From a bacterium (GTDB taxonomy: Bacteria > Zhuqueibacterota > Zhuqueibacteria > Oceanimicrobiales > Oceanimicrobiaceae), in the NCBI GenBank assembly GCA_046757025.1, contig JBHHXN010000035.1, positions 1 to 37,341 of the forward strand: a DNA stretch of 37,341 nucleotides. The letters are read 5' to 3'. A program made the position numbers and the translations under genes. A model generated the notes under the pieces. It was not told where the DNA came from and made no database searches. It was given only the letters and a program-made list of their open reading frames with translations. Shown here piece by piece: positions 16,095-24,472 of the stretch (position 1 is its first letter; every line of letters starts with the position of its first letter).

Positions 16095-18017
16095 TTAACC
16101 GAGAATTCGAAAAGTCGCGATACGCACACGCGTCTGTTTTGATTGCGCATCTCTTGCTTTCAAAGTAAATTGATAATCGCCCGGCGCCAGTGAAGAAATA
16201 TCGACTTCGAATATTTTGGGCAAATTATTTTCAGAGAAATCGAATTTGAGGTTTTGGGTTAATTTCTCTTTTTTCTTATCCACTTTGCCTTTGTCTTTCA
16301 GTCGTTTAATTTCCAGCTCCAGACTGACGCGGGCTTTCTGGTTCTCATCCAACTGTAAATGATAAAACTCCAGATAAATCTTCAAGGGCACGACTTTACG
16401 CACCGGATCACCTGGGATGACTGGAAAAGGGTAGAGTAGATTTTCGTTTAAATGTTCAGGCGAGTCCGAGCCCACAATGATGTCGCTGATTTGAAATGAT
16501 GCGGGATTATTTGAAAGCGGCGGGATGTGGCCGGTGAACACGCTTCCGATTCCGAGCACTTTGGTGGTGTCCGGTAAATCCGATTCTTGTATTTGCTGCA
16601 GTCTAGAATCTAAAAGAAACCGTTCCGCGGTGAGGCTATAATTTGCCGCGGCGGCAGAGTGATTTATGCTGAACGTGGAGGTGTTGGTGTTTTTCAGGGA
16701 AGGGTAGTCGATAATTTTTTCCGTAATGTTCCAGTTTTCATCGAATTCCACCAGCACGTGCCGGAATTTATATTTGGACTTTTCCGCTTCCTTGTAAAAT
16801 TTCGTGAAGTCGAGCTCTCCCGGACTCTGTACATTGGACACCACCATAAAGCTGATGCGCGGCTCATTATTTTTGTCGAGGTAGCGAAAATATTTATATT
16901 TCAAAAGCAACGGATCGAGGCCTTCCAGGGCATCGGTGGCATCCGGCTTTAAAAATTTGAATTCAGACCGGGCCTTGTCCATACTGCGATAATGACTGAG
17001 ATAGCTTCGTATCACGTCGTAATCCGGACTCAAAAGACCGCTTGCTCGGGCATTGGACCACTGGCTTTCCAGTTCACGATAACGGTTCAAAAAATAGTCG
17101 TCGATGCGGTGCAGTTCGCTGTAATACATCAATTGCAGCATGTTGCCCGGTAAGATGCCGCGCGTGGTTAAGGTGCTGTTACGGCGAAAGGCGCGGTCCG
17201 GAATGAGCTCTTCAATGCCGTACCGTAGACCGTATTTCCCGAAACCGGCTTTTTTGCCGAACATAAAGACGGTGGAGCGGCCTTTACCGATGTTGGGATA
17301 AACCCATATTTCCACTTCGGGCAGGGTGTTAAAACGTTGAATTTCCTGGCGCAGCAAGAAATCGTTGATCCAGCGCATGAGCTCGTACTGGTCCACGCCC
17401 AATTTTCCCGTAAACACACCGCTGGGCGCTCCGTATTTCATGAACACCAGGCCGCGATCATCGCTGCCAAAAACATTGGTGCTGTCGAGATGGTATTTAT
17501 TTTTCACATGCGCGATGCGTTCCCAGTGCTCGATCAACCGTTCATTTACGATGGTGGTCGGAATAGGATCTTTTTTCGTCCAGAAGCCTTTAATCAAATT
17601 CACCATCTCGGGATCTTGTTTATCAAATAAGTTAAACCAGCGTTTGCGATCTTCTTTGCTCAACAAAGGAGAAATCCGCTGCAGCTCTTTTTTTACCGCT
17701 TCCTGGTAGCGCCCAAACTGGAAGTGTGAAAATCCCCAAAAATACATTTCACTGGCTTGTTCGTAGTAGTCTGTTGCCTGTTTTTCGGTCACCAGTTTAA
17801 TAAATGCCAGGCCAATTCGCGGGTCGGAACGCTCGATTTTGTCCAGAGAATCTTTCGCAGTAAGCCAGGTTTTTAAAGCAGCTTGCCAACGGCCCTGCTC
17901 CATCTGGGTCACGCCCTGCTGGTAGTGCTCGACGGTTTCGTGCTTAAATTGACCGAAACCCATGAAGTAAATGGCAAGTAAGCTCCCGAAAAATAAATGA
18001 TAGCATTTTTTAAGCAT
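16095..18017 (-). CDS. GWxTD-domain-like secreted protein with N-terminal TPR-like helices (paralog A)
   Basis: FWTKKDPIPTT.VNERLIEHWERI and GSDDRGLVFMKYGAP motifs, EIWVYP, C-terminal Ig-like LAPGDYQF. The ATG at 18017 after GGTGG is preferred over the GTG at 18053. Confidence 0.85.
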   Translation of the reverse strand: MLKKCYHLFFGSLLAIYFMGFGQFKHETVEHYQQGVTQMEQGRWQAALKTWLTAKDSLDKIERSDPRIGLAFIKLVTEKQATDYYEQASEMYFWGFSHFQFGRYQEAVKKELQRISPLLSKEDRKRWFNLFDKQDPEMVNLIKGFWTKKDPIPTTIVNERLIEHWERIAHVKNKYHLDSTNVFGSDDRGLVFMKYGAPSGVFTGKLGVDQYELMRWINDFLLRQEIQRFNTLPEVEIWVYPNIGKGRSTVFMFGKKAGFGKYGLRYGIEELIPDRAFRRNSTLTTRGILPGNMLQLMYYSELHRIDDYFLNRYRELESQWSNARASGLLSPDYDVIRSYLSHYRSMDKARSEFKFLKPDATDALEGLDPLLLKYKYFRYLDKNNEPRISFMVVSNVQSPGELDFTKFYKEAEKSKYKFRHVLVEFDENWNITEKIIDYPSLKNTNTSTFSINHSAAAANYSLTAERFLLDSRLQQIQESDLPDTTKVLGIGSVFTGHIPPLSNNPASFQISDIIVGSDSPEHLNENLLYPFPVIPGDPVRKVVPLKIYLEFYHLQLDENQKARVSLELEIKRLKDKGKVDKKKEKLTQNLKFDFSENNLPKIFEVDISSLAPGDYQFTLKARDAQSKQTRVRIATFRILG

Positions 18018-18351
18018 ATTGGTACCACCATAAGGAAGTGTTTTATAATTCACCGAAAACGAGCGACTTCATGCTCCTGCGCCACTCCAGATGAACAAAA
18101 ATGAGTGTTTCCGTCCACCACGCCTTCGGTTAATAAATTCATATAAAATCGAAAACCCGCCAAAATTATTATCGGATGAAAAATTCCTGACTTATCTTTA
18201 GGACCGATTTTTGACAATTGTTAAATCTTTCTTCCATAACGCAGCCTGCCGGGTCGATATTCCCGTTGCTTGATGAAGTGAATGGCCAGGTGAATTGTCC
18301 GTGCGATGAGTTAAGGAGTATTTTAAAATAATAAACTATTCCGCCTCGATC

Positions 18352-18393
18352 AAGAAAAAAAACCTTCCAGGTTTTCAAACCTGGAAGGTTTTT
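18352..18393 (-). terminator. Intrinsic terminator-like hairpin after susD
   Basis: Perfect 17-bp arms AAAAACCTTCCAGGTTT / AAACCTGGAAGGTTTTT (18358-18393) ending in a U-tract on the minus strand, 50 nt past the susD stop. Confidence 0.75.
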
Positions 18394-18442
18394 CTCGTCA
18401 GGAATAGAATAAACAATCTATAGAATCGTATTCAGAAACGGA

Positions 18443-19786
18443 TTAATTTTCCTTGAATTCGGTTTCTGGAATTTCCATTCTGGGAATCTGCTTGTCATTC
18501 CGGTCTGGCCGATCGATGGGCAGTTGCGCCAGACGATTGTAATGCCGCATATCGATCCATCGGTGACCTTCGCCAAATAACGAGTAGCGTTTCTCGTGCA
18601 AGACGCGGTCCAGCGCGTTGCTGGCATCGGTGCCGCTGTAAGGCGCCAGCCCGGCAGCCGCGCGAACGATGTTCATGTCCGCCTCTGCAGCTGCATAGTT
18701 ACCCAACCCGACGTTGGCTTCGGCCCGCAAAAGAATGAGCTCCTCGTTCCGTATCATGGGGAATTTAGAAGTAGAGCTGTAAGTACTTCCTGGTTCAAAA
18801 TTCAAAATCACAGCCAGATCCGATTCCAGGTCATCAAATTTATCCGCCACAACTCGTTTGAATGTTTTGTTTGCAAGGCGGAGATCGCCGGCTTCCGCAT
18901 CGGCCGCAAAGCTCATGTGAGCATGCAGTTTCAAACCCGGAGAATCGGGATTTTCGAAAACCGGGCTGAGTCGATCGTTAGCAGCAGTGCTGTAAACGTA
19001 GTAAACGCCGGTTAATAAATCACCGCTGGGATCGAGAAAAGACTGCCCGAGTGCGGTCAAAGCATCGCTAAAGTTATCGCGATAAACTTCCAAACGCGCT
19101 TTCAGAGCCCGGTTGAATTTGGCAAAGCCGGAAGGCGTGTCGAAGCCGGCAAATCCGCTTGACAATTTGAATGAAAAAGCAGAACCGGCGTTATTTAACG
19201 CAGCAAAGGCTTCATCCAGATCGTTGGCGATAAACGCAAACGCTGCGGATTTGGTTGCGAACGGTTTGGAAACATCGCCATCAAAGTTGGTGCGAATGCT
19301 GCGGCCCTGGGCGTCTTCATCCACGTATCCCAGGATGAGCAGGAGTTGATAAGCGCGGATGGTTTTAGCAACGCCTTCGACTCCGGCGCCTTCGCTGCCG
19401 CCGATATCCGCCGCCCGCTTGATGAGCTCGTTGCAATTAAAAGTCACTCGGTAAGCCTGATCCCAGGGACGGGTGGAAAGGAAACCACCGGGATCGATGG
19501 GACCAAACAGGAGCTCGCCGGTAAATCTGGGGTCGGCTGGTTCAAAGAAGTAAACTTCCCGTCCCAGAGTACCGACTGATTGTAAATAAACATCCAAATC
19601 GGCCCGCATAAAGCCCTCAGCACCGGTAACAAGCGTTTGTACATCAGCGCTGGTCAAATCGGGCGAATTGGGATTTGAAAAATCCAGGGTTTCACAACCC
19701 ATGAATGAAAAGGCGAATAGCAAAACTCCCAAAACGAGCGCCCTCGCGTATGGAAGGGATTTGCTTGATTTATTAAATATCTTCAT
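18443..19786 (-). CDS. SusD/RagB family outer membrane lipoprotein
   Basis: Lipobox FMGC. IRNEELILLRAEA and EKRYSLFGEGHRWIDMR motifs. Directly follows the susC-like gene. Confidence 0.93.
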   Translation of the reverse strand: MKIFNKSSKSLPYARALVLGVLLFAFSFMGCETLDFSNPNSPDLTSADVQTLVTGAEGFMRADLDVYLQSVGTLGREVYFFEPADPRFTGELLFGPIDPGGFLSTRPWDQAYRVTFNCNELIKRAADIGGSEGAGVEGVAKTIRAYQLLLILGYVDEDAQGRSIRTNFDGDVSKPFATKSAAFAFIANDLDEAFAALNNAGSAFSFKLSSGFAGFDTPSGFAKFNRALKARLEVYRDNFSDALTALGQSFLDPSGDLLTGVYYVYSTAANDRLSPVFENPDSPGLKLHAHMSFAADAEAGDLRLANKTFKRVVADKFDDLESDLAVILNFEPGSTYSSTSKFPMIRNEELILLRAEANVGLGNYAAAEADMNIVRAAAGLAPYSGTDASNALDRVLHEKRYSLFGEGHRWIDMRHYNRLAQLPIDRPDRNDKQIPRMEIPETEFKEN

Positions 19787-19812
19787 TTTTTAATTTCCTT
19801 TCTTTTATACTC

Positions 19813-22761
19813 TTATATTCCAAAAGCTATATTGAAGTAAAACGATCTCGCTGATGGAAAAGGCAAAGTATCCACGCCTCGGCCAACAGCTACATTACCG
19901 AACTGACTTACTTCCGGATCATACCCGTCGTAGCCGGTGAACATGAGCAGGTTCCGGCCAGCTACGCCGACTCTCAAGTAAGACAGTTGCCCTCCGAATA
20001 AGTTGCTGACAACGGATCTCGGAAAAGAGTAAGAAAGGCTCAGCTCGCGCAGTTTCAGGTAAGTACCGTCTTCTACGTAACTTGCGGTTTTGGTGCCAAG
20101 TTCGTTCAAGCGGGTGGTGCCGTTCTGGTCAAAATCGGGCGAGGTGCCACCAAGATCCATGATCAATTTACCTAAATTGATGACGTCACCGCCTTGCTGC
20201 CAATCCCACAAAAAGCTGAATTCAAAATTACCGATATTGAAATTATTGTTGACAGCCAGCGTAAAGTCAGGAGTTTGGTCTCCCAGAACTTTGACCACAT
20301 TTCCATTATCGTCAAAGGATTCGGAGCCCACGATGGCGGTGGGAGAAAATCCTTTCTGAATACGCATGGTGCCCAGGAACGTCGCAAAACCGCCGAGGTT
20401 AAATGGATCGACTTCCAGGCTGGTAATTTCAGATTCCGTGGTAAAGAAATTAATTCGCGAAGTCCAGTTGAAATTCTGCGAACGGATGGGCGTCAAACCC
20501 AACGAAATTTCCCAACCGGTGGTTCTCATTTCACCGGCATTGGTTTCCAGAATGGTGATTCCGCTGGAACCCGGCTGGTCCGCTTCCAGAATCAAATCCT
20601 CGATATTCTGACGGTAGTAAGAAACTTCCAGCGCGGCGTTGCCATTTAAGAAAGTGGCATCCACGCCGACTTCGATTTCTTTGGTTCTTTCCGGCTGAAT
20701 ATCCGGATCGCCTCGTCTGGTAGAGGGAACCAAACCGGAGTTGCCGCCGATGTTTTCAGGAAGCAGATTGGTAAACTTACGGTTGGCACGCGGCAGATTA
20801 CCGGTTTCACCGTAAGCGGCTCTGAGTTTGAATTCGGGAGAAAAACTCCTGAGCCCTTCCCAGAAACCGTACTCAGACAAACGAATAGAGCCAGAGAATT
20901 TCGGGAACAAGAAATATTTATCGGTGTCGCCGTTGGCGCTGCTGGCGTCGCCGCGCAAAGCCGCGGTCAGATAGATTTTTTCATTCAGATCCAGTTCTTC
21001 CTGAACAAAAAATCCGCGCTCTCTGCCCACTTCTCTGGATTGAAAAACATCCACTTTGGTGGCCTGATCGACATTTGATTGCGTCTGTACCAGCCCATTT
21101 GAGTTGACCAAAACGTTGTTGACGTTGCGGTTTTCAAATTGAATACCACCCGTGGTACGGAAAATGATATTTGAAGAAGTGGTGTAGCTGTGGTTCATAT
21201 GAATATATAAATTCGAGAAAGTGCTCTCGGTTTCACCGGTAACCGTCTCGCCCGGCAAGTCTGAATTGGCTTCAAACTGCAATTCGTTGGGTGAAAAAAT
21301 GAAGTTTTCCATGGAGAAAAAGTCCACTCCACCCTGAACAATGAGATCGAGTATTTGTGATTGTGACTTCAAAATACTCCAGTTCGCCTGTAAAGACGCC
21401 AGGGTTCGATACACTTTTTCGCTATTTCTTAACAAATCCCGAGTTTGTACAGGATTGGATGGGTTGAACGGATGCACAGGATAGTTGCCGTTCTCATCCG
21501 GCTCCAAATTGATAAAGCTGGGCGTGAAACCGAGCGAAAAACCGAGCGTGGTGTTGGTATTGTCATTACCCGTAATCGAACGCTGTGATTCAGTACGGGA
21601 AAAAGTAGTATAAGCTGAAACTTTGATGCGATCACTCAGCTTATGATCCACGTTCACTTTACCTGAATACTTTTTGTAGCCGGTATTTTTCACAATACCA
21701 TCTTCATCCTGAATCAAACCACTGACGTAAAATTGCGTATTTTCGCTGCCGCCGCGGACTCCGATACTGGTCTCGGTAATAAAGCCTTCTTCACCGAACA
21801 AGACTTCTTCCTGGTCAATAAATTTGCCGCCATTTTTATTAAATTCAGCTAATCCTTCGTCTCCGAATGAAGCCTTAGCCGTTTCAGCGGTAAATTTACG
21901 GGTACCGATCTTGTTCAAAATGCTAGAAAAACCGAGCTGTTGCGAAACATCGATGCGGGTTTTACCAGGCGTACCCGATTTTGTGGTGATGATCACCACG
22001 CCGTTGGTGGCTTTGGAGCCGTAAATGGCTGCCGCACTGGCGCCTTTCAGAACTTCAATATTGGCGATATCATTGGGATTGATGTCGGCGATGCGGTTCG
22101 TAGGCTGACCTTGAGGTCGAGCACTGCCCGCTCCGGTCGCTTCGGAAACGATATCGATACCCGATTGAATGTCATCGTTGCTGATGATGATACCATCCAC
22201 CACGTAAAGCGGTTGTGTTTCCCCCTGAATCGTGGACAGACCACGAAGATTAACGTTGATTCCTCCGCCCGGAGCCCCGGTATTCTGACTGATTGCGATG
22301 CCGGCTATTTTACCGTTCAAAGCGCGTTCCAGCGTTTGTGCCGGCGCCGGAATCAGCTCTTTGGCAGAAACCGTGCCCACTGAATTCGCCAGATTTCTTT
22401 TCTTGACAGAAGTCGCTAAACCGGTTATCACCACTTCAGAGGTCTTCAAGATATCCTCTTCCATGGCAATGGCTAAATTATTGGTGCTTTCGGTGACATT
22501 CACCTCCAGGGTCTTAAAACCAATAAAGCTCACTTCTAAGGTCGCTTGCGTGAAATTGGGTAATCTGATATTGAATTTACCGTTGACGTCGGAAGCGGTA
22601 CCGAGGTTGGTACCTTTCACGGCGATATTGGCTCCCGGCAGTCCTTCCCCCGTTTCGGCTTCGGTTACGGTACCGGCAATTTCAAGCACCTGCCCGAGTA
22701 CCGCAGAAACGCTGAATACACTAAATAAAAGTGCCAGAAGAATAATGTTTAATTTTTTCAT
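19813..22761 (-). CDS. SusC/RagA family TonB-dependent outer membrane transporter
   Basis: N-terminal carboxypeptidase-regulatory-like domain, plug signature IEVLKGASAAAIYGSKATNGVVIITTK, and YLKLRELSL and GYDPE barrel motifs. Confidence 0.96.
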   Translation of the reverse strand: MKKLNIILLALLFSVFSVSAVLGQVLEIAGTVTEAETGEGLPGANIAVKGTNLGTASDVNGKFNIRLPNFTQATLEVSFIGFKTLEVNVTESTNNLAIAMEEDILKTSEVVITGLATSVKKRNLANSVGTVSAKELIPAPAQTLERALNGKIAGIAISQNTGAPGGGINVNLRGLSTIQGETQPLYVVDGIIISNDDIQSGIDIVSEATGAGSARPQGQPTNRIADINPNDIANIEVLKGASAAAIYGSKATNGVVIITTKSGTPGKTRIDVSQQLGFSSILNKIGTRKFTAETAKASFGDEGLAEFNKNGGKFIDQEEVLFGEEGFITETSIGVRGGSENTQFYVSGLIQDEDGIVKNTGYKKYSGKVNVDHKLSDRIKVSAYTTFSRTESQRSITGNDNTNTTLGFSLGFTPSFINLEPDENGNYPVHPFNPSNPVQTRDLLRNSEKVYRTLASLQANWSILKSQSQILDLIVQGGVDFFSMENFIFSPNELQFEANSDLPGETVTGETESTFSNLYIHMNHSYTTSSNIIFRTTGGIQFENRNVNNVLVNSNGLVQTQSNVDQATKVDVFQSREVGRERGFFVQEELDLNEKIYLTAALRGDASSANGDTDKYFLFPKFSGSIRLSEYGFWEGLRSFSPEFKLRAAYGETGNLPRANRKFTNLLPENIGGNSGLVPSTRRGDPDIQPERTKEIEVGVDATFLNGNAALEVSYYRQNIEDLILEADQPGSSGITILETNAGEMRTTGWEISLGLTPIRSQNFNWTSRINFFTTESEITSLEVDPFNLGGFATFLGTMRIQKGFSPTAIVGSESFDDNGNVVKVLGDQTPDFTLAVNNNFNIGNFEFSFLWDWQQGGDVINLGKLIMDLGGTSPDFDQNGTTRLNELGTKTASYVEDGTYLKLRELSLSYSFPRSVVSNLFGGQLSYLRVGVAGRNLLMFTGYDGYDPEVSQFGNVAVGRGVDTLPFPSARSFYFNIAFGI

Positions 22762-23054
22762 TACTGCATCCTCTCTTAATGATGAATAATTAAATTCCGT
22801 TTACCACTTAATTTAAACTCTTTGGTCATTTACACACGTTCGTTTTATACCATTGTTTCAGCCCTCCTTCCCCCGGTTCTGATTTAGTTGTGATGAGTAT
22901 AACAGATTGTTTATTTTATATTCCAATGCGAAGAGTCGCCCCTCCTGTGTGGCAAACTTGCTTCGGGAAAAATGATATGATTGTCGTCAATTGATTATAA
23001 TACGAAGTCAATTTCGACTTTAAAGAAATGAAAAAATGCTAAAGTATGCATTTT

Positions 23055-23070
23055 AGCAATTTTTATACCA
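23055..23070 (-). promoter_or_regulatory. Candidate sigma-54 (-24/-12) promoter for susCD
   Basis: TGGTATAAAAATTGCT on the minus strand, with exact GG-N10-GC spacing, about 295 nt upstream of the susC start. Confidence 0.6.
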
Positions 23071-23149
23071 GTCTGAGTATTTTATCCACTAAATTCAATA
23101 GAAACATTATTTAATACCATATTAATAAAGATCAAGAATCCAGTGAATG

Positions 23150-23163
23150 TGCAATTAATTGCA
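23150..23163. promoter_or_regulatory. Perfect 14-bp palindrome, candidate enhancer/regulator binding site
   Basis: TGCAATTAATTGCA, with a second half-match AATTATTGCA at 23177-23186, 80-115 nt upstream of the sigma-54 motif. Confidence 0.5.
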
Positions 23164-23291
23164 TCCATTGAAATCGAATTATTGCATACTGATTACTAAT
23201 GTAATTTTACCTTTACCTTATAATTAAATCCATGAATTCCTCAGATAAAATGAATATTTTATCCTGGAAGTCAAATGAAAGGAGGTTCAGA

Positions 23292-23381
23292 ATGGAATTG
23301 AAATTGAATCCAAGCTTGACATTCAAATATGAGACGACACCAAAGTGGTGTTCCGAGCATGGCTGTCAAAATACGGTATGA
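23292..23381 (+). CDS. Possible 29-aa small protein MELKLNPSLTFKYETTPKWCSEHGCQNTV
   Basis: Perfect SD AAAGGAGGT (23278-23286) 5 nt before ATG. No homology evidence. Confidence 0.3.
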   Translation: MELKLNPSLTFKYETTPKWCSEHGCQNTV

Positions 23382-23408
23382 CCTCATAGATGTTTCATTG
23401 AAGTAACA

Positions 23409-23436
23409 AATTTACGAAAATATCCAAAAAAGTCAA
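23409..23436 (-). promoter_or_regulatory. Candidate sigma-70-type promoter reading toward susC / antisense to the small ORF
   Basis: TTGACT (23436-23431), 16 nt spacer, TAAATT(TG). Third occurrence of the TTGACT -35 box. Confidence 0.45.
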
Positions 23437-23669
23437 TAAAATTTTTCATTTTAGATGTATCAATTTGAGAAAAAATTTTCGTGGTTTTTCAGCCCATTTC
23501 AGAAAAGTCCTAATTGAAAAACTTGCAGCCAATGGATAAAACAAACCGCCGTCAGGATGGAGCCGTGTCTCGATATTCCTAATATTCTGTTATCCCGAAA
23601 ACTTTGTTTCTTAACAATGTTTCTGAGCGGACTCCCGTGGCCAAATATCGGTACCGCGTGAAAGCCAGT

Positions 23670-23900
23670 AACTCGGAGGCGTGAAGGACGCAGAGAATTG
23701 CAGAGTTTTTGATTTCAATAAGCGAAAAGCATTTTGACCATTCCAAACGGCCAGACTTATTGTTATTATTTAGATGATTTCTTCTTTCACTGTGCTCCTG
23801 TGCGCCCTCGGCGTGCTCTGCGTTTCATATTTTGATGGCGGCGTTGCCGCGCTGTTACCTGCGGTGGTATTAATTTGGCTGCGGCTCCGTCGCATGAGGG
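23670..23900. repeat. Degenerate REP-like composite repeat
   Basis: ACGCAGAG..GCAGAG left half, CTCGGCGTGCTCTGCGT right half, then two GCGGC-N3-GCCGC-type hairpins. 23879-23900 matches the 15470 copy at 17/22. Confidence 0.55.
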
Positions 23901-23918
23901 ATAATGAAGGTTTATTTA

Positions 23919-24073
23919 GTGCCTGAACGAAAACGATCCAGTCTTCCCGAAGGTCTCCTGGCCGAGGGTGAATTCCGGCCTGGCTCGGCGGGACCTGTCC
24001 TGAGCTTTGTCGAAGGGACGCCTTCGCGAAGAGGCTCTTAAATTGCGCATTTTTCGAGTTTTCGTTCCGACAC
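23919..24073. mobile_element. MITE-like element B (155 bp) flanked by TA
   Basis: TIRs GTGCCTGAACGAAAAC / GTTTTCGTTCCGACAC (14/16), TA on both sides, internal hairpin, no transposase. Confidence 0.75.
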
Positions 24074-24287
24074 TAAATATCAATCCAAACAGAATTTCAA
24101 CTGGGTTATTCATACTCCTATTCTCAGCCAACCAATGCGGTTAAACGCATCTAGGGAGTGTCTGCAAACCCCACAGGGAAGCTCACGTAGGTGGAAAGCA
24201 TTTACAACAGTGGATTGGTCACAAACAATTTGCAAATAAAATCGAAATGTAGTAGATTGTTCGGAAGAATTGAGTTTTGCCATCAAT

Positions 24288-24428
24288 GACTCTGTTGATT
24301 AAGTCGAGAAACATTCAGCGTGAGTCCCGAAGTGAATTTTGGAATAGCCGTAACCCGTTGTTTTTTCATCATACTTCGACTCCGCTCAGCATGAAGAGTG
24401 ATGGAAAAATGACTTAATCAACAGAGTC
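24288..24428. mobile_element. MITE-like element C (141 bp) with perfect 18-bp TIRs and target duplication
   Basis: GACTCTGTTGATTAAGTC (24288-24305) / GACTTAATCAACAGAGTC (24411-24428). Direct repeat ATCAAT at 24282-24287 and 24429-24434. Confidence 0.88.
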
Positions 24429-24472
24429 ATCAATTGCTCCCTGAATTTTTCATAATTAAGACTGAATGAAAC

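Noticed and set aside
18169..18378. 69-aa minus-strand ORF between susD and GWxTD paralog A
   Set aside because: It starts inside the terminator hairpin, with no SD and no recognisable motif.
22921..22975. GGCAAAC motif suggesting a c-di-GMP-I riboswitch
   Set aside because: It is on the wrong strand for susC and lacks the GNRA loop and downstream GCAAAG/P2 elements.
23916..24131. 71-aa minus-strand ORF (…RPFDKAQDR…)
   Set aside because: It lies almost wholly within MITE B and its stop is at the TIR edge. The peptide is a translation of repeat DNA.
24151..24171. IS-end-like sequence CTAGGGAGTGTCTGCAAACCC
   Set aside because: No matching inverted partner was found nearby, so an element cannot be delimited.
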